A stretch of 59,103 nucleotides of DNA from Octopus sinensis. Lineage: Eukaryota. Position 1 is the first letter of the stretch; each line of letters starts with the position of its first letter. The stretch is from assembly GCF_006345805.1 (NCBI RefSeq), contig NW_021833623.1, positions 1 through 59,103 of the forward strand, written 5' to 3'. Shown piece after piece: positions 14,373-27,010 of the stretch. The translations under genes were made by a program, and so were the position numbers. The notes beneath the pieces are model-generated. The model saw only the letters and a program-made list of their open reading frames with translations, did not search any database and was not told the origin of the DNA.

Positions 14373-14664
14373 GAGGCGCAATGGCCAGTGGTTAGGGCAG
14401 CGGACTCGCGGTCGTAGGATCGCGGTTTCGATTCCTAGACCGGGCGTTGTGAGTGTTTATTGAGCGAAAACACCTAAAAACGAGGTTCCGGCAGGGCGTG
14501 GTGATCCCTGCTGTACTCTTTCACCAAACTTTCTCTCACTCTTTCTTCTGTTGGCCTACTCGCTTAGCCAGTGTGGGTGGCGTCATGCGAAGGCTAAAAC
14601 AATGCGAACGCATTGTGACCAGCGATGTGTAACAACATCTGATGGTCTGGTCGGTCACATGATT

Positions 14665-14670
<6 letters not shown>
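14373..14670 (+). mobile_element. Family-A SINE, tail type 2, full length
   Basis: tRNA-like head with A-box and B-box GGTTTCGATTCC, family-A body, distinct tail gcattgtgaccagcgatgtgtaacaacatctgatggtctggtcggtcac. Confidence 0.85.
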
Positions 14671-14724
<54 letters not shown>

Positions 14725-14923
14725 GTAAGATGCGGGGACGAGGTGTAGGAAGAATGTCAGTTTCAAGCAATCCGTAGTAAATATATAAAAATCTACCCGG
14801 AGGGACAATAATTATTGAGACGGAGGGTTGTGGATTTCTTTCGTGTCGGAGTACGATAAACTGAAAAAAGTTTATTTTTACATTTCACGGGTGTGCGAGT
14901 AAAAATAAAAGAGTTACGGAATT

Positions 14924-15150
14924 GAGTAGATAAGATCCGAGCTACATATATTTCATAGCGAGCGGTACGTCGGAAGTGGTGAATAACCAAGAGAGGATTA
15001 TACCGTAGGATACTCTTCAGGCCAAGGATATCTTGATTAGATGAAAATTCACATCGTCGTAAGGAGATCCAATCAGATTCTGATTGGATATTTACCACTT
15101 TCGAGGTTCCGCTTGCCATGAAACATGTGTAGCACGGATCTTATCTACTC
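14924..15150. repeat. 62-bp inverted repeat pair (MITE-like) with an internal 11-bp perfect palindrome
   Basis: 14924-14985 (gagtagataagatccgagctac...) is complementary to 15089-15150 (...gtagcacggatcttatctactc); atccaatcaga-t-tctgattggat at 15067-15089. Confidence 0.75.
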
Positions 15151-15390
15151 CCGATCGCCATGTTGATTCGCTAGCCTCTGCACGCATTTTTTTCTCTCCT
15201 TCTTTCTTTGTTTCTTCTCTGTGTATCTTTCTGTTGAAGAGCGTAGGCTCGAAACGTTAAAGACTTGTTTTATTTATATTTCCTGAGCGCCATACTAAAA
15301 CAATTTTTGTTTGTATTCCACCTGCCTTCGTCTTTTGTTTATTTCCGTAAACCTGCCTTCGTCTTTTGTTTATTTTCATAAAGCTTCCCG

Positions 15391-15395
<5 letters not shown>
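15151..15395 (+). mobile_element. Penelope-like terminal repeat (pLTR) 3' portion
   Basis: Pyrimidine-rich segment, hammerhead-like motif, ttcctgagcg motif shared with 28535 and 32660 (minus), ends in (TA)n; internal ~29-bp tandem duplication acctgccttcgtcttttgtttattt. Confidence 0.55.
15226..15263 (+). ncRNA. Minimal type-I hammerhead-ribozyme-like motif (variant core)
   Basis: TCTTT-CTGTTGA-A-GAGC(GTAG)GCTC-GAA-ACGT-T-AAAGA: stem I TCTTT/AAAGA, stem II GAGC/GCTC, palindromic helix III ACGT. Deviates from CUGANGA by A6U plus an extra A. Confidence 0.5.
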
Positions 15396-15431
<36 letters not shown>

Positions 15432-15459
15432 GATAGATAGATATATATATATACACGCA

Positions 15460-16726
15460 CACAGGGTGCGGAAGGTGTTTGAGGACATCGCGTTTTTGGG
15501 TCACTGCTGCATTTTTTGTATAATCTTTGTTTCAGAAAATAATAACGACAAATCTCAGCTTACTTATGAAATGAAGAGGCATGCTGTTAAGGTAGTTATA
15601 AAGGCTGAACATAGCGATTTAGAAATACCTCGATTTTGAAAAGTTGCCAGATCTTTCGCCTACAAAGTTTGTAAGTAACTGGAGACTGAAGATGGAAACG
15701 TATCACCAGTGTCAAAGCATAAAAAGCATTCTAAACACTCTGAAATCATCAGAACACCTGGATTTATCAATCAAGTTCAGTAGTTTACAATCACAGAAAG
15801 CCATGAGATCAATTGCAAAAGATCTCCACGTGTCAGAAGAAACAGTCAGGAATGTTGTCCACGAAGACATCAGATATATATATATATATATACTTATATA
15901 ATGAAGAAAAGTCAATTTGTCAGAAAAATCAAAAGGAAATCATATCAGATTTAAAAGGCTCTTAACCAAACTGAAAAATCCATCAGAAAAAGATTTTATT
16001 TGGTTTTTCTCAAACGAGTAAAAGCTATGATCAAGATCAAAAAGTTAACAGAAGAAATAACAGATGGTTATGTGTAGACCCTTCTGAAGTTCCAAATGTT
16101 ATGCATACAAAAATTCCTGTAACTGTCATGGTTTTAGGTGTTGTCAGCAATGAAGCGCATGTGATGCTTCCTTACTTCTTTCCACAAGGCCTTAGAGTTA
16201 ACTCTGCCACCTACATTGAGGTCCTGGAAATAATTGTTCAGCCCTGGATAGAATGTGAAAGCAATGGAAGGCCATATGTATTTCAGTAACACTGCACTAT
16301 CATACATGGCTCAAGTAACACAGGAATGGATGGCTGAAAATTTTCGCGATCACATAACCCCTGACATTTGGCCTCGTAATTCCCCAAATCTCAATCCATT
16401 GGACTACTTGATGAGGAGCGTTGTTGAAAGGGAGGTCAATAACATCACATAACGCACATAACAGCAAAGATTCTTTGAAAGCTGCCATAGTCAGAGTTAT
16501 GTCCAAAATGAACCAGGACCAATTGAGTCGGCCATGTAGATGATTCAGATCTCATATCGAAGCAATTGTTGAAGATGAAGATGACTTTATTCAATAACAT
16601 TATAGTAAAGAAGGTTTATTTTTATTCTCATAGCATTTTGTGATAATAAAAAGTTATTATCTGTTATTATATATTTATTTTTTTATAAACATAAATCTCT
16701 CCTCATATGTCTTATTCACCGTTGTA
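15460..16726 (+). mobile_element. Near-full-length decayed maT (DD37D) Tc1/mariner-superfamily transposon; transposase pseudogene
   Basis: Multi-frame translation: RSIAKDLHVSEETVRNVVHEDIRY, WFFSNE, HTKIPVTVMVLGVVS, WPRNSPNLNPLDY; 37 residues between the inferred 2nd and 3rd Asp positions; degenerate TIRs (cacagggtgcggaagg...tgagga / tcctca...cttattcaccgttgta); ~1.27 kb; many stops and frameshifts. Confidence 0.9.
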
Positions 16727-17058
16727 AACGTTCAGCAAAAAAGAAAAAGACACTAAAAATTCCTCTTTGGTTAATCTATAGATCGGTCCTCTAAAACAAA
16801 GTAATCTGAGCCTTTAAAACGCAGATGGATTATTTCAGGATATTTTTCTGGAATTTCACAGAAATGAAATAATTCAATTGAATTTACCAAAACATTACCA
16901 GAACATTTATGTGTATGTGTGTGCGCGCGTACATGTGCATGTATATAGATGTATATACATACATACATACAAACATAACTATATATATATGTATGCATAT
17001 ATATGTATACATATATATGTATATATATGTATGTATATATATATGTATATATATACAT

Positions 17059-17091
<33 letters not shown>

Positions 17092-18985
17092 CATATATAC
17101 ATATATATATATATATTACATTCCTAGGTCAAATTGTGTCGGATTGATGAATGTAAATAATGGGATTAAGCGCATTGTTTGGTTCTCCACCAATAAGAAC
17201 ACCGGAACTGTCCTTGCAATGAAATCCAGCCTAGCAGGAATCAGTAAAATGTATTAAAAACAACGAGAGCTACAATCCAGAAAAATCTCTAGATTAAAAC
17301 ACTGGATATACTTCTTTATGAGTTATTAGTTGGTTTACATATAGGCGAGGTAACCAAGAACACATTTGAACAGACACAAGAACACTCCTTCGAGAAGATT
17401 AGTTACTGTTATCGTTATAGTGATGGCTATACATTGACTAAATATGCATGTAATAAATTTGATGTAAGTCATTAATACGCATCCATTACTAGTAGCCTAG
17501 TGATTTAGGTTAGGGTTCGATTTACGGACAGGGCGGCTTGTCGTGTTCTTGAGCTAAATACATCGACAACGTAGCGTCTATTTTCTGACATGCTGTTCGA
17601 CCACAGCACGTAGGCAACGTTTGCTTAAGTGCTGTGTGGGGAAAATAGATGCTATGTTTTTGTTCTGTGCGTCGTAAAAGGTGACTAAAAGAGGTTGAAG
17701 TACGATATGCATTCCGAGCTCGTAAAACCATCATCAGCGACGACTACCGAAAACCGACCCATGCGTTGCAGGGTTGTCGTCTGAGTCGTGTAAAAGCCTC
17801 CTCAGTCAGGAGTAGGCAATCGCCAGCAAATGGAATATGCAGTGATGCGCTTAAAAAAAACCCTGTAATCTTTAGTGTAAATGTTATATAATCTATACCA
17901 GTACTTCAACGGTGCTCAGTTTTATCGGTCCCGTGCCGATGAAAGAAAAAGTTAGCTGTGACAGTATTTGAATTTATAGCGCCGGAGCAAATAATGCAAA
18001 CCAGTTTTCCGAAGTGCTAATGAATCTCACTGTCCTGGATATACAAAAAAAACCCAAAACAAAACCAAATGATGCTTCGTGCAATATATGCAGAGGGCCT
18101 GAACTTTGGAGAAGGGGCTATTTATTTACATTGACTCTAGTGCTAAATTTGTACTATAATTTATCGATACTGGAGGGAGGAGAAGAAAAGTCGACCTCGG
18201 CAGGTTTTGAACACACGACGTAAAAGCCGGAATAAATCCAGGAATGCATTCTTACAGGCCTTCTAAAAATACTCTCGGAGGATTGCATTAACATTAAAAA
18301 AATGATAAGCCTAAAACCACTGTCTTAATGCGAAGAAATTATATGTAACATGTATATCTATGTATTCGTGGATTTTTGGAAGATAACATGGTTGAAATGA
18401 AAGTCGACATTCGAAGATCTAAGAAATTTGATGTTCGAAATTGATGAGAAGACATGATGTAGAAATGCTTCATCATAATGAAATTATCCTCTTCCTTTTT
18501 TTTCCCAGAGCTTTTCCTTTCATGAATTACTGTCATTTGCATGTTAGTCACTTGATCGTTGCCAGCCAATAAAACAATGTTTCCTGAAACATTCCCTGAA
18601 AAATGCTTTCTGATTGTACACCACCTTATTGTTACCTGACAGTGAAGTAAAAACAAAATAAAAACAACAACAAGAAAAAACAAAAAAACAAAACAGGATT
18701 CATAAGATGACAACTGACGATATTTACAAGGTGGGCTAAAAGACACGCACCATGATTAAAATCTCACAATGCGAATTAGAAAGAAATACTGACGTTATGT
18801 TATGGTGCGTGACTTTTGGCCTATACATATGTATATATCTACACATGCATGTATATATGTACGTAGGAGTGGTGGTGGAGCGTTAGGTATGTATCTATCT
18901 CCCTCTCCATACATATATACGCAAGCACGCACACATACATATACATACATGCACATGTATACACGCATACACCTAATATGTGTGT

Positions 18986-19031
<46 letters not shown>

Positions 19032-19059
19032 ACATATATAGCACGATATCGACTAGGCC

Positions 19060-19135
19060 AGTGGTTCCCAACCATTTTATTTAAATGAGTTTTTTCCACG
19101 GACAGCTTTCGAATGAGCCACATTGCTGCCAAAGT
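19060..19135 (+). mobile_element. hAT-type transposon 5' end fragment
   Basis: Begins CAGTGGTTCCCAACC, a Charlie/MER5-like TIR; no matching 3' TIR found. Confidence 0.45.
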
Positions 19136-19139
19136 GAGA

Positions 19140-19325
19140 AGGCCAACGGTGCCTGTCACCGGAAGAATATTGCATTAAAGGGTTACCTCCCTGAAGCTGA
19201 GAGAACTGGGGCAACAGCAAATGTAACGCTTTGTTCAATAACACAACGAGCTACCTGCTCCGGGAATCGTACTCATAATGACCTAGCGATCGTGAGTACC
19301 CTAACCACTAGGCTACGCGTCTTCA
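19140..19325 (-). mobile_element. Family-D tRNA/CORE-like SINE, old
   Basis: Minus strand gcgtagcctagtggttaggg (A-box) ... gagtacgattccc (B-box-like) ... ttgtgttattgaacaaagcgttacatt. Confidence 0.6.
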
Positions 19326-19399
19326 TATATATGTGACTGTATACACACACACACACATATATATATAAATTTAAATAGAGGTTACAATAGACTCATGAA

Positions 19400-19448
19400 G
19401 GGATAATGATTTTCTTTATCTATCTATCTATCTATCTATATTTATATC

Positions 19449-19513
<65 letters not shown>

Positions 19514-19514
19514 A

Positions 19515-19576
<62 letters not shown>

Positions 19577-19599
19577 AGGGATAATAATTTTCTTTATCG

Positions 19600-19657
<58 letters not shown>

Positions 19658-19658
19658 A

Positions 19659-19697
<39 letters not shown>
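19400..19697 (+). repeat. Two-unit higher-order repeat of GGGATAATRATTTTCTTTATC + (TATC)n
   Basis: Anchor at 19400 and again at 19578, each followed by a TATC array; units separated by (TA)n. Confidence 0.85.
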
Positions 19698-20079
19698 ATA
19701 AAAAAGATTTCCGTATACACATTTATGCTAAGCCTTACTAAGAGATTTTTATTTTTATTTTTGTAGTATAGTAAAAATAATCATATTCAACTGACCTGGG
19801 TCAGGTTTCGCTGACTTCAACCCAAAGTTTTATGTAATATTTGTGTAATTTTTTCCAGATTGAACACTATTTACGGTCAAATGATTAAATAGGCCACAGA
19901 ATATACACCTGCAAGCATATCAAGGTCTTAACGTAACTTCAGCTTCGTCATCTGCGTTCTGTCTTGCATATTAGCATTGCTGTAGAAGTTCTGCGCCGGC
20001 GCCGGTGCAGTTCGTGTGTAGGTCCTCAGTACCTCATTGTAGCTGACCTAGGTGATACATGATTTCAAGATGGAAGGCA

Positions 20080-20400
20080 TATGGAAGGATGGTAGGACAT
20101 GGTTGCTGGTGAAAAGGAGTCTGATGGCCAGAGTTCGCTATACAGATATGTGCTGAAGAACACCTCCATCCCCCAGACACTGGAGGAGAAGAAGGCAATG
20201 CGATGATCGCACCGATTGCTGAAGCACATATTTCCAGCCATTTGGAAGAAACTAGAGAGAACATGAAAGAGCACATAAAGAGGTGTCATGTCTCCGTTGC
20301 GTCAAGTAATTTCACCTGCAGTAGATGTCATCGCTGCTCAGATCAACAGCAAATCTTATCGCCCACATGGGATCTTATCAGGGATGATTTCTTAACAGAA
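20080..20400 (+). mobile_element. Decayed RTE-type non-LTR retrotransposon ORF 3' end
   Basis: Frameshifted VRYTD..LKNTSIP..., LEETRENMKEHIKR, and terminal zinc-finger-like FTCSRCHRC..RSTANLIAHMGS, typical of RTE ORF ends. Confidence 0.65.
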
Positions 20401-20515
20401 CAGTCAATGTCGATCTTTGGAGGACAGCCAACATCCTTTCTATACATAATACAATAACCCACCAAGGATAAGTTATACACCAAGAAGTAACTCTTAAGCT
20501 ACGTTCATTATTTTA

Positions 20516-20915
20516 TCTCTCTCTATATAAACGGCAGTTTGTCTGTCTGTGTGTCTGTGTGTCTGTCAGGTTGTACCCTCACCCTGACCACGGCTTTCAA
20601 CCGATTCTTGCCATACACATATCCCGAAACTTGCCACACACATATCCCAATGTCATAATTCAAAACTAACGCAGCGAAAATTTTGAAAAGTTCCCCCAGT
20701 TCTGAAATAAATCGATAAATTCGACATGGGGTCGAGAATCAGAAACACAAACCACAGACTGTCTAGGGGATGCAACTCGATCTTTTTAACTCTCTAAAAA
20801 AAATTTACCATCATTGTTTTTCCATTTTTGGGCTATTTTTTGGCTATAACTCTCTAAAAAATGCTTTATAGCTATTTCCCTTACAAACCCGAGCAACGCC
20901 GGGCGATACTGCTAG
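20516..20915 (+). mobile_element. Complete non-autonomous Helitron
   Basis: A^TC 5' end (tctctctctatataaacggcag), subterminal hairpin cccgagcaacgccggg, 3' CTAG^T, no TSD. Confidence 0.8.
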
Positions 20916-22796
20916 TAATATATAAAATGCACACTATTTCCGTAGAGCGTCATTGTACATTTGTAACTTGCCACACTTCTGACAGGAGCTGGTAGAAATA
21001 GCAAATGTCACTCAAATTACGTTCTGCATATTAAGAAAATAGGCATATTGTTGAATGTAGTCGAAAATACTTAAAAATACAAAATTGCTTTGGCAGCCTA
21101 CTTGATCAGAATATAAATTTATAACCTGCGGGTCAGAACAGCAACATTATAACATCCTTTCCTTTAGCCATTCTTAATATTATCTTATTTTCTCTACTTG
21201 CATTTTAGATTTTTAAACAACAAAATAGCGAAACAGAATTATTAAGTAGAAGAATTACTTCCGGCACGGATTAGTGCAGAAGATTCTGATGATATCCAAT
21301 GGGATTAAAGATGGCCTGAAGGTCTGTGGATTGAAAAGTTATACATCAGAAAATATAAGTTAAATATTTCGTATTTTCTTTTTGCAATTCTCATTGAGTA
21401 ACTTTTAAACAGTTGTATGTAAACAGCCAATAGCAACACATGTCAAAATAAATTTAGCACTGGGTAGGGACTTGTGTTTAGTAAATCACCGTGAAAATCG
21501 ACAGATTTCGTGTACGAACTTAATTCACAGTACCTTATGCAAGTAACCTGCTATCTTAGGCTTGGCTCATTCCTACGCCAGGCCCTGAGTAGTAAACTTA
21601 ACATGTCACCCGGTTTCACATAACCATGTCATTCCGTAATCGTGTAGAGAAGTTATATCTTTGAAATATTGTCCGGAATTAGGAAGAGCATACAGTCTTC
21701 TGGCTATTGTGCTTTGCTTATATCGACATCGTACCTTAACTGGAACCACACTCCCTTGTTTCAGACTGAGTTACTTCTACCTAACATGGGATTCCTAAAA
21801 CAAGGTGCATTGGCACTGTCCTCTTCCGCCTCCATCGTCGTCGTCATCATCACCTTCTTCTTCTTCTTCTTCTTCTTCTTCTTCTTCTTCTTCTTCTTCT
21901 CTTCTTCTTCTTCAAAATTAGCCATAGCAATATTTAAAAACCAATGTTGAATTGATTGTAGTGCCGTATATATGGCACACATATAACAAAATTTTTGAAT
22001 TTCGTGTGTGCAATTGTGCTTTGAAAGATGTATCAGTGAAAGATGTATCAGTGAAGTCGAATTATTTTACAAAATTTCTTAGTGTTCTGTTCGATGGAAT
22101 ACAAATGTCAAGCTTTTTATAGGAAAACAATAACAGGAGTGAAAATATGTTTACATGTTTAAGAAATACATCTTTACAGGTGTTCCATTAATAAATAAAT
22201 ATGTAATGCCATGACAAACATTACATTTCTATTACATTATGAAATCTTCAGAAGAATATTCATACAAGTTTTTAAGAAAAGTAAAACCTTGAATAATGAT
22301 GATTTCGCACAATAACACGCAGGAAAACATTTTGAAAGAAGGCACTGTCAACTAAATCACTTGGTCCCAAGTATATTGCAGTATCAGATCCATTCACTCT
22401 GAATATAAAATGAAGTGGTTGCAATTGGGAAGTCAACACAATCGCAGATGGTCGGGAGAAAAATAACAGACAGAATTATGCGGAGAAAGGTAGTTTATAC
22501 CTAAAAGGCCAATAACTAGCCAGGAATTATTAACACAATGACAAAGAATACACGAATACATAAAAGAAAGATACCAATGTTGTTGCCAGATCTACTAAGA
22601 AGGTTTGTGGTCGGCCTGAGGCTAGAGTAGAGGAAACAGTTACTTAAGATTTTTTATGGGGACTGAAGAGCAACTAACTACTACAATAGCTTGGGGTCGG
22701 TCAAAGCCTTGTGAGTGGATTTGATAGAACGAAACTGAAAGAAACCTATCGTATACAAGCATTCACACACACGCATATATTAACATACACACACAT

Positions 22797-22856
<60 letters not shown>

Positions 22857-22858
<2 letters not shown>

Positions 22859-23386
22859 CGAGATGGTGACTGCACTCCAGAAATAAGACAGCGGATAGTA
22901 CTAGGCAGAGAGGCAATGGTCAGCATGAGCAGGGTTTGGAAGAAAGAGTAGAGACATCATACTCGCTACCAAATGCATATTGGTGAATGCAATTGTCTTC
23001 CCAATAGCAACATATAGATGCGGGACCTGGACACTAAAGAAAACTGACCAGAAGAGAATTAATGCATTCGAGCTTTGGTGTTGGGGAAGACTTTTACGGA
23101 TTCCATGGACAAACGAGGCTCACCAATGGAGAAGTAAGCTAGGATCACCAAACATAGATTGGCATATTTCGGTCATATTATGCGGAGAAAATCCCTGGAG
23201 AAGGACATCATGCTCGGAATGGTCAGTGGCAAGAGAGGAAGAGGCCGACCAAGAACCCGCTGGCTTGACACCATCAAGAGTGATACCGGAATGGACATAG
23301 CCAATCTGAAAAAAGCGGCCCAGGATAGAACTGACTGGAGGACACTGATCCAACGAGTGACCGAGAGTCGACTTCGACTGAGCGGG
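22857..23386 (+). mobile_element. RTE (BovB-like) retrotransposon 3' fragment with internal deletion
   Basis: DGDCTPEIRQRIVLGR, LVNAIVFPIATYRCGTWT, INAFELWCWGRLLRIPWT, then LAYFGHIMRRKSLEKDIMLGMVSGKRGRGRPRTRWLDTIK ... RVTESRLRLSG. Confidence 0.92.
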
Positions 23387-23394
23387 TATATATA

Positions 23395-23475
<81 letters not shown>

Positions 23476-24114
23476 TGTATGTATATCTATAGTTGAATGT
23501 ATGCGTGTTTGTACCTACCACTGTCTCCCTATCGGTGTTGTAGTGTTTTCATCCCCGTAACGAAGCGGATCGGCAAAAGAGGTAGATAAGAAAAGCACTA
23601 GATAATGGGCACGATTCATTTCCCCTAAGAATTCTTGAAGGGGGTGCCCCAGCATGGCCACAGTCTAAAGATTGAAACAAGTAGAAGATAGAAGATTGTA
23701 AACTAACGACTTTAAATAGCATTGCATATAAGGAAATATGTATTGCAATTCGTTGAGAAACGGACAGAAAGGTCTAGAATGGATTCTGCATGATTATAAT
23801 TCAGTTTGGTTTGGTCCGAAGTGAGGTAAATATAACTTCATAACAATAGAGGAAAAAATATACTACCCTGAATAAATGTTGTCCGGCGTCAGAATGTCTT
23901 GTCTACGTTAGAAGAGAAGAAGCTACAAGACGAGAGCACAGAAATGATTTTAATTTGAGACTGATATAGAAAGTAATATGGCAGCTGACTATGCTACATC
24001 GGATAAAAATGTTTAGCTAATCATGTTACTCGTGCATGTATGTGTACGTATCCATATATGTTATATGTGTGTGTGCATACCCCACCCCATATATATATAC
24101 ATACATATATACAA

Positions 24115-24159
<45 letters not shown>

Positions 24160-24215
24160 CGCAGATATATATGTATATATATCAATCTATATGTAATTTC
24201 ACAGACACACATATA

Positions 24216-24277
<62 letters not shown>

Positions 24278-24418
24278 GTATGTATCCACACACACATCTA
24301 TCGTTACATTTGTTTTCGTGTCGAGTTTTAAATAGAAACAATATCACGTTGAACAGAACAATTAAATAATACTAAGTTTATATTAATTTTTACTTTTGCA
24401 AGGTAATGTGTGCATACA

Positions 24419-24514
<96 letters not shown>

Positions 24515-25014
24515 CATCTATCTAAATATCTATATTCGTGTTGTGGGCAATGTCATGACAACTCAATAAAGTCTTCATGAGAAAGCAAAAGGCCTTTATG
24601 GCAGATTGTATGTTTTGTCTCTGAACTACGAGGTCAGAAGAGTTAGTTCAAGTCACTGTGGTGCCTAGATAGGTGAAGGCCTCGGTGCTCCTTGGAGGCT
24701 CTTCATTACCTTCACTTGTTCGGGCCCTCTTGACCTATTTGGACATTTTGCTTTACAGTATATAAATATGTATGTATGTATATATGTATGTATGCATGTA
24801 TGTATGTACCTATGTATGTATATGTATGTACATATATGTTGATATATATATATATGTATATACACATGCATGCATGTATGCATGTATGTATATGTTTTTA
24901 TATATAAAGGAGCGATGTCTGTACATATTCCTTTGTGATGCCATGCTGGGACCAGACACAAGACTGAAGAGACTTGAAGGAATTAGTTGCTTTCTGCAGC
25001 CTGAAATATAAATC

Positions 25015-25330
25015 ATCATCCAGATGCTATACGGGGATATTATGAAAGGAAAAAGACCGCGGCAGAAACCAAGGCTGCGATTTAAGGACTATATCAAGTC
25101 CTCATTAAAGACCTCTGTTATGCAGGGGACTCACTGGGTGAACAATGCCAGTCATCACCATAAATGGAGGAAGCAGATTAAGGAGGGAGTCGACACGTTT
25201 GCAGTCGTGTATGCTTGTCAAGAACAGGGCTCATTAACCACCAACGGAGCCGCAAATGCAAAATATGTTAGTCCCAGAGCGCACAATGCGCCTGAATGTC
25301 AGCAATGGTCTTCCTCGGTCACGTGTGGAT
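25015..25330 (+). mobile_element. RTE-type retrotransposon ORF C-terminal fragment
   Basis: QMLYGDIMKGKRPRQKPRLRFKDYIKSSLK...W...KWRKQIKEGVDTF matches the RTE C-terminal pattern. Confidence 0.75.
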
Positions 25331-25486
25331 GACCATCATATATATATACATATAATATATATATATAATATATATATATATAATATATATATCGTTTTCT
25401 TTCTATCGTCTTTCTGGATGTTTTGTTGCCCCTTTTTGTATCACCTTGGTGTTCGGATGTTTTGCGTTCTTGTCCCATTTCGTATT

Positions 25487-25522
<36 letters not shown>

Positions 25523-25524
<2 letters not shown>

Positions 25525-25774
25525 TTGGCGTATAGGTTCCCCACCTGGAAAGGGACGCCGGTCTGTCGCAGGTGAGCTGCAAGATGCAGGAGGGAAGAGT
25601 GAGAGAAATTTGTGGCGAAAGAGTCAGCAGAATTTCTGCCATTACCTTCTGCCGGAGCCGCGTGGAGCTTAGGTATTTCGCTCATAAACACACATATCGC
25701 TTGGTCTGAGATTCGAACCTGCGTTCCCTCGACCGCGAGTCTGCTGCTCTAAGCACTAGGCCATGTGCCCCCAC
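25523..25774 (-). mobile_element. Family-A SINE, tail type 3
   Basis: Reverse complement of 39434-39700 (head, body, tail cttgcagctcacctgcgac...ggggaacctatacgcc). Confidence 0.85.
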
Positions 25775-25888
25775 CACACAAATGAACAATGATTTTAAAA
25801 TGCGGGCAAATGCTTTCTAAGTACTTTGTTGCAATCCGATAAAGACGAGTAAAGAAGTATTAAAAGGTAAAGAACCCCCTTCGGTCTT

Positions 25889-26203
25889 TGAATGATTATG
25901 GGATTGCGCCTTGAAATTTACCCTGTGAGGTACAACTCGGCGGAAGGTTGTTTATGGAAGACCAGCAGTCACCCATGCATACCAGTCTCTCCCTCCACGC
26001 CGCCTATGATATCCCCCCAAAGACAAAGGCCGATACAGCTCGGCGCCAGTGACGTCGCAACACAGTTCTACGGCTGAGGGAACAGGAGCAACGTGAAATA
26101 AAGTGTCTCGTTCAGCACACAACAGAGCCGCCATCTGAGAATTGAACTCACCAACTCGTGATTGTGATCCTGACGCACTAATCACTGAACAATGCACCTT
26201 CAT
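25889..26203 (-). mobile_element. Family-D tRNA/CORE-like SINE
   Basis: Minus strand head with gagttcaattct B-box, ttgtgtgctgaacgagacactttatttcacgttgctcc central domain, tggtatgcatgggtgactgctggtcttccataaacaacc. Confidence 0.7.
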
Positions 26204-26637
26204 TTAAGGAAATGGTAAGGATATTGTAAAGTATGCAATTATAGTTGTGCTTTCTTCCGATTGGTAGATCCGGAATTCGTTTCAAAGAATTTCACATAAA
26301 ATTCCAGAGCGTATTATGAGTAAATGGAAAATTGCAGTTATTTGATTAATAGATTACAACATATAAAATACTGACGTGCGTTTTATGCAAGCGTTTTACG
26401 TGCTTTGTTTCTGCAATGTAACCGATCTATATTAAATCCATTATAGTGTAGATGCCTTATTAAATGTCTGACATTTACTATGAATTTCGTTATAAAATTA
26501 AGTACCAGTGGTCAATAAGTTTAAATGTTCTAACCTAAATAGCTTGCTGTTCCTATGACTGAAATTGCATTTCATTAATTTTTTTATGTCCGCTAAGTTC
26601 AGCTTCTGTTCAAGAATAACTAGATTCTTAACATATC

Positions 26638-27010
26638 TATTGGATTGTCCGGAAAGTTCGTGCCGATTTATAGTAGCTTACCTTTCGATTTATTTTAGAG
26701 CATGGTTGAGTCCATAAAATAGGATTTGACTACACCTCCATTTAGAGCACAGTTTAAGCCATTTTTTCGTGGAAGATGGTTTATGTTCCTATAACCTGTG
26801 TTAATTCCGTAACTCTTTAAAATGGAAGATAAGAAAGTTCATTTTCGGCACTTGATTATTTGGTAACCAGACAAACATTGCTGCAGCTCGGCTGGGATGT
26901 GTTACCCCACCCTCCATATTCACCAGATATTACCGCTTCGGATTTCCAATTATCCAGGTCTCTGCAGAATAGTCTTAATGGTAAAAATTTCAATTCCTTG
27001 GATGAGAAAA
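26638..27010 (+). mobile_element. Internally deleted mariner (DD34D type)
   Basis: 5' TIR-like tattggattgtccggaaagttcg; N-terminus MEDKKVHFRHL at 26822 fused near 26860 to C-terminal VTRQTLLQLGWDVLPHPPYSPDITASDF. Confidence 0.85.

Noticed and set aside
14373-14450. tRNA-like sequences here and at other SINE heads
   Set aside because: No complete acceptor stem, and each continues into a SINE body; these are SINE heads, not tRNA genes
17120-17230. Minus-strand frame containing ALNPIIY (GPCR TM7-like) between possible splice sites
   Set aside because: Upstream residues are not hydrophobic, a stop follows six codons later, and no other GPCR segments were found
22857-23386. Horizontal transfer of BovB-like RTE
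   Set aside because: RTE elements are widespread in molluscs and HT cannot be assessed without phylogeny; nothing in the sequence alone supports it
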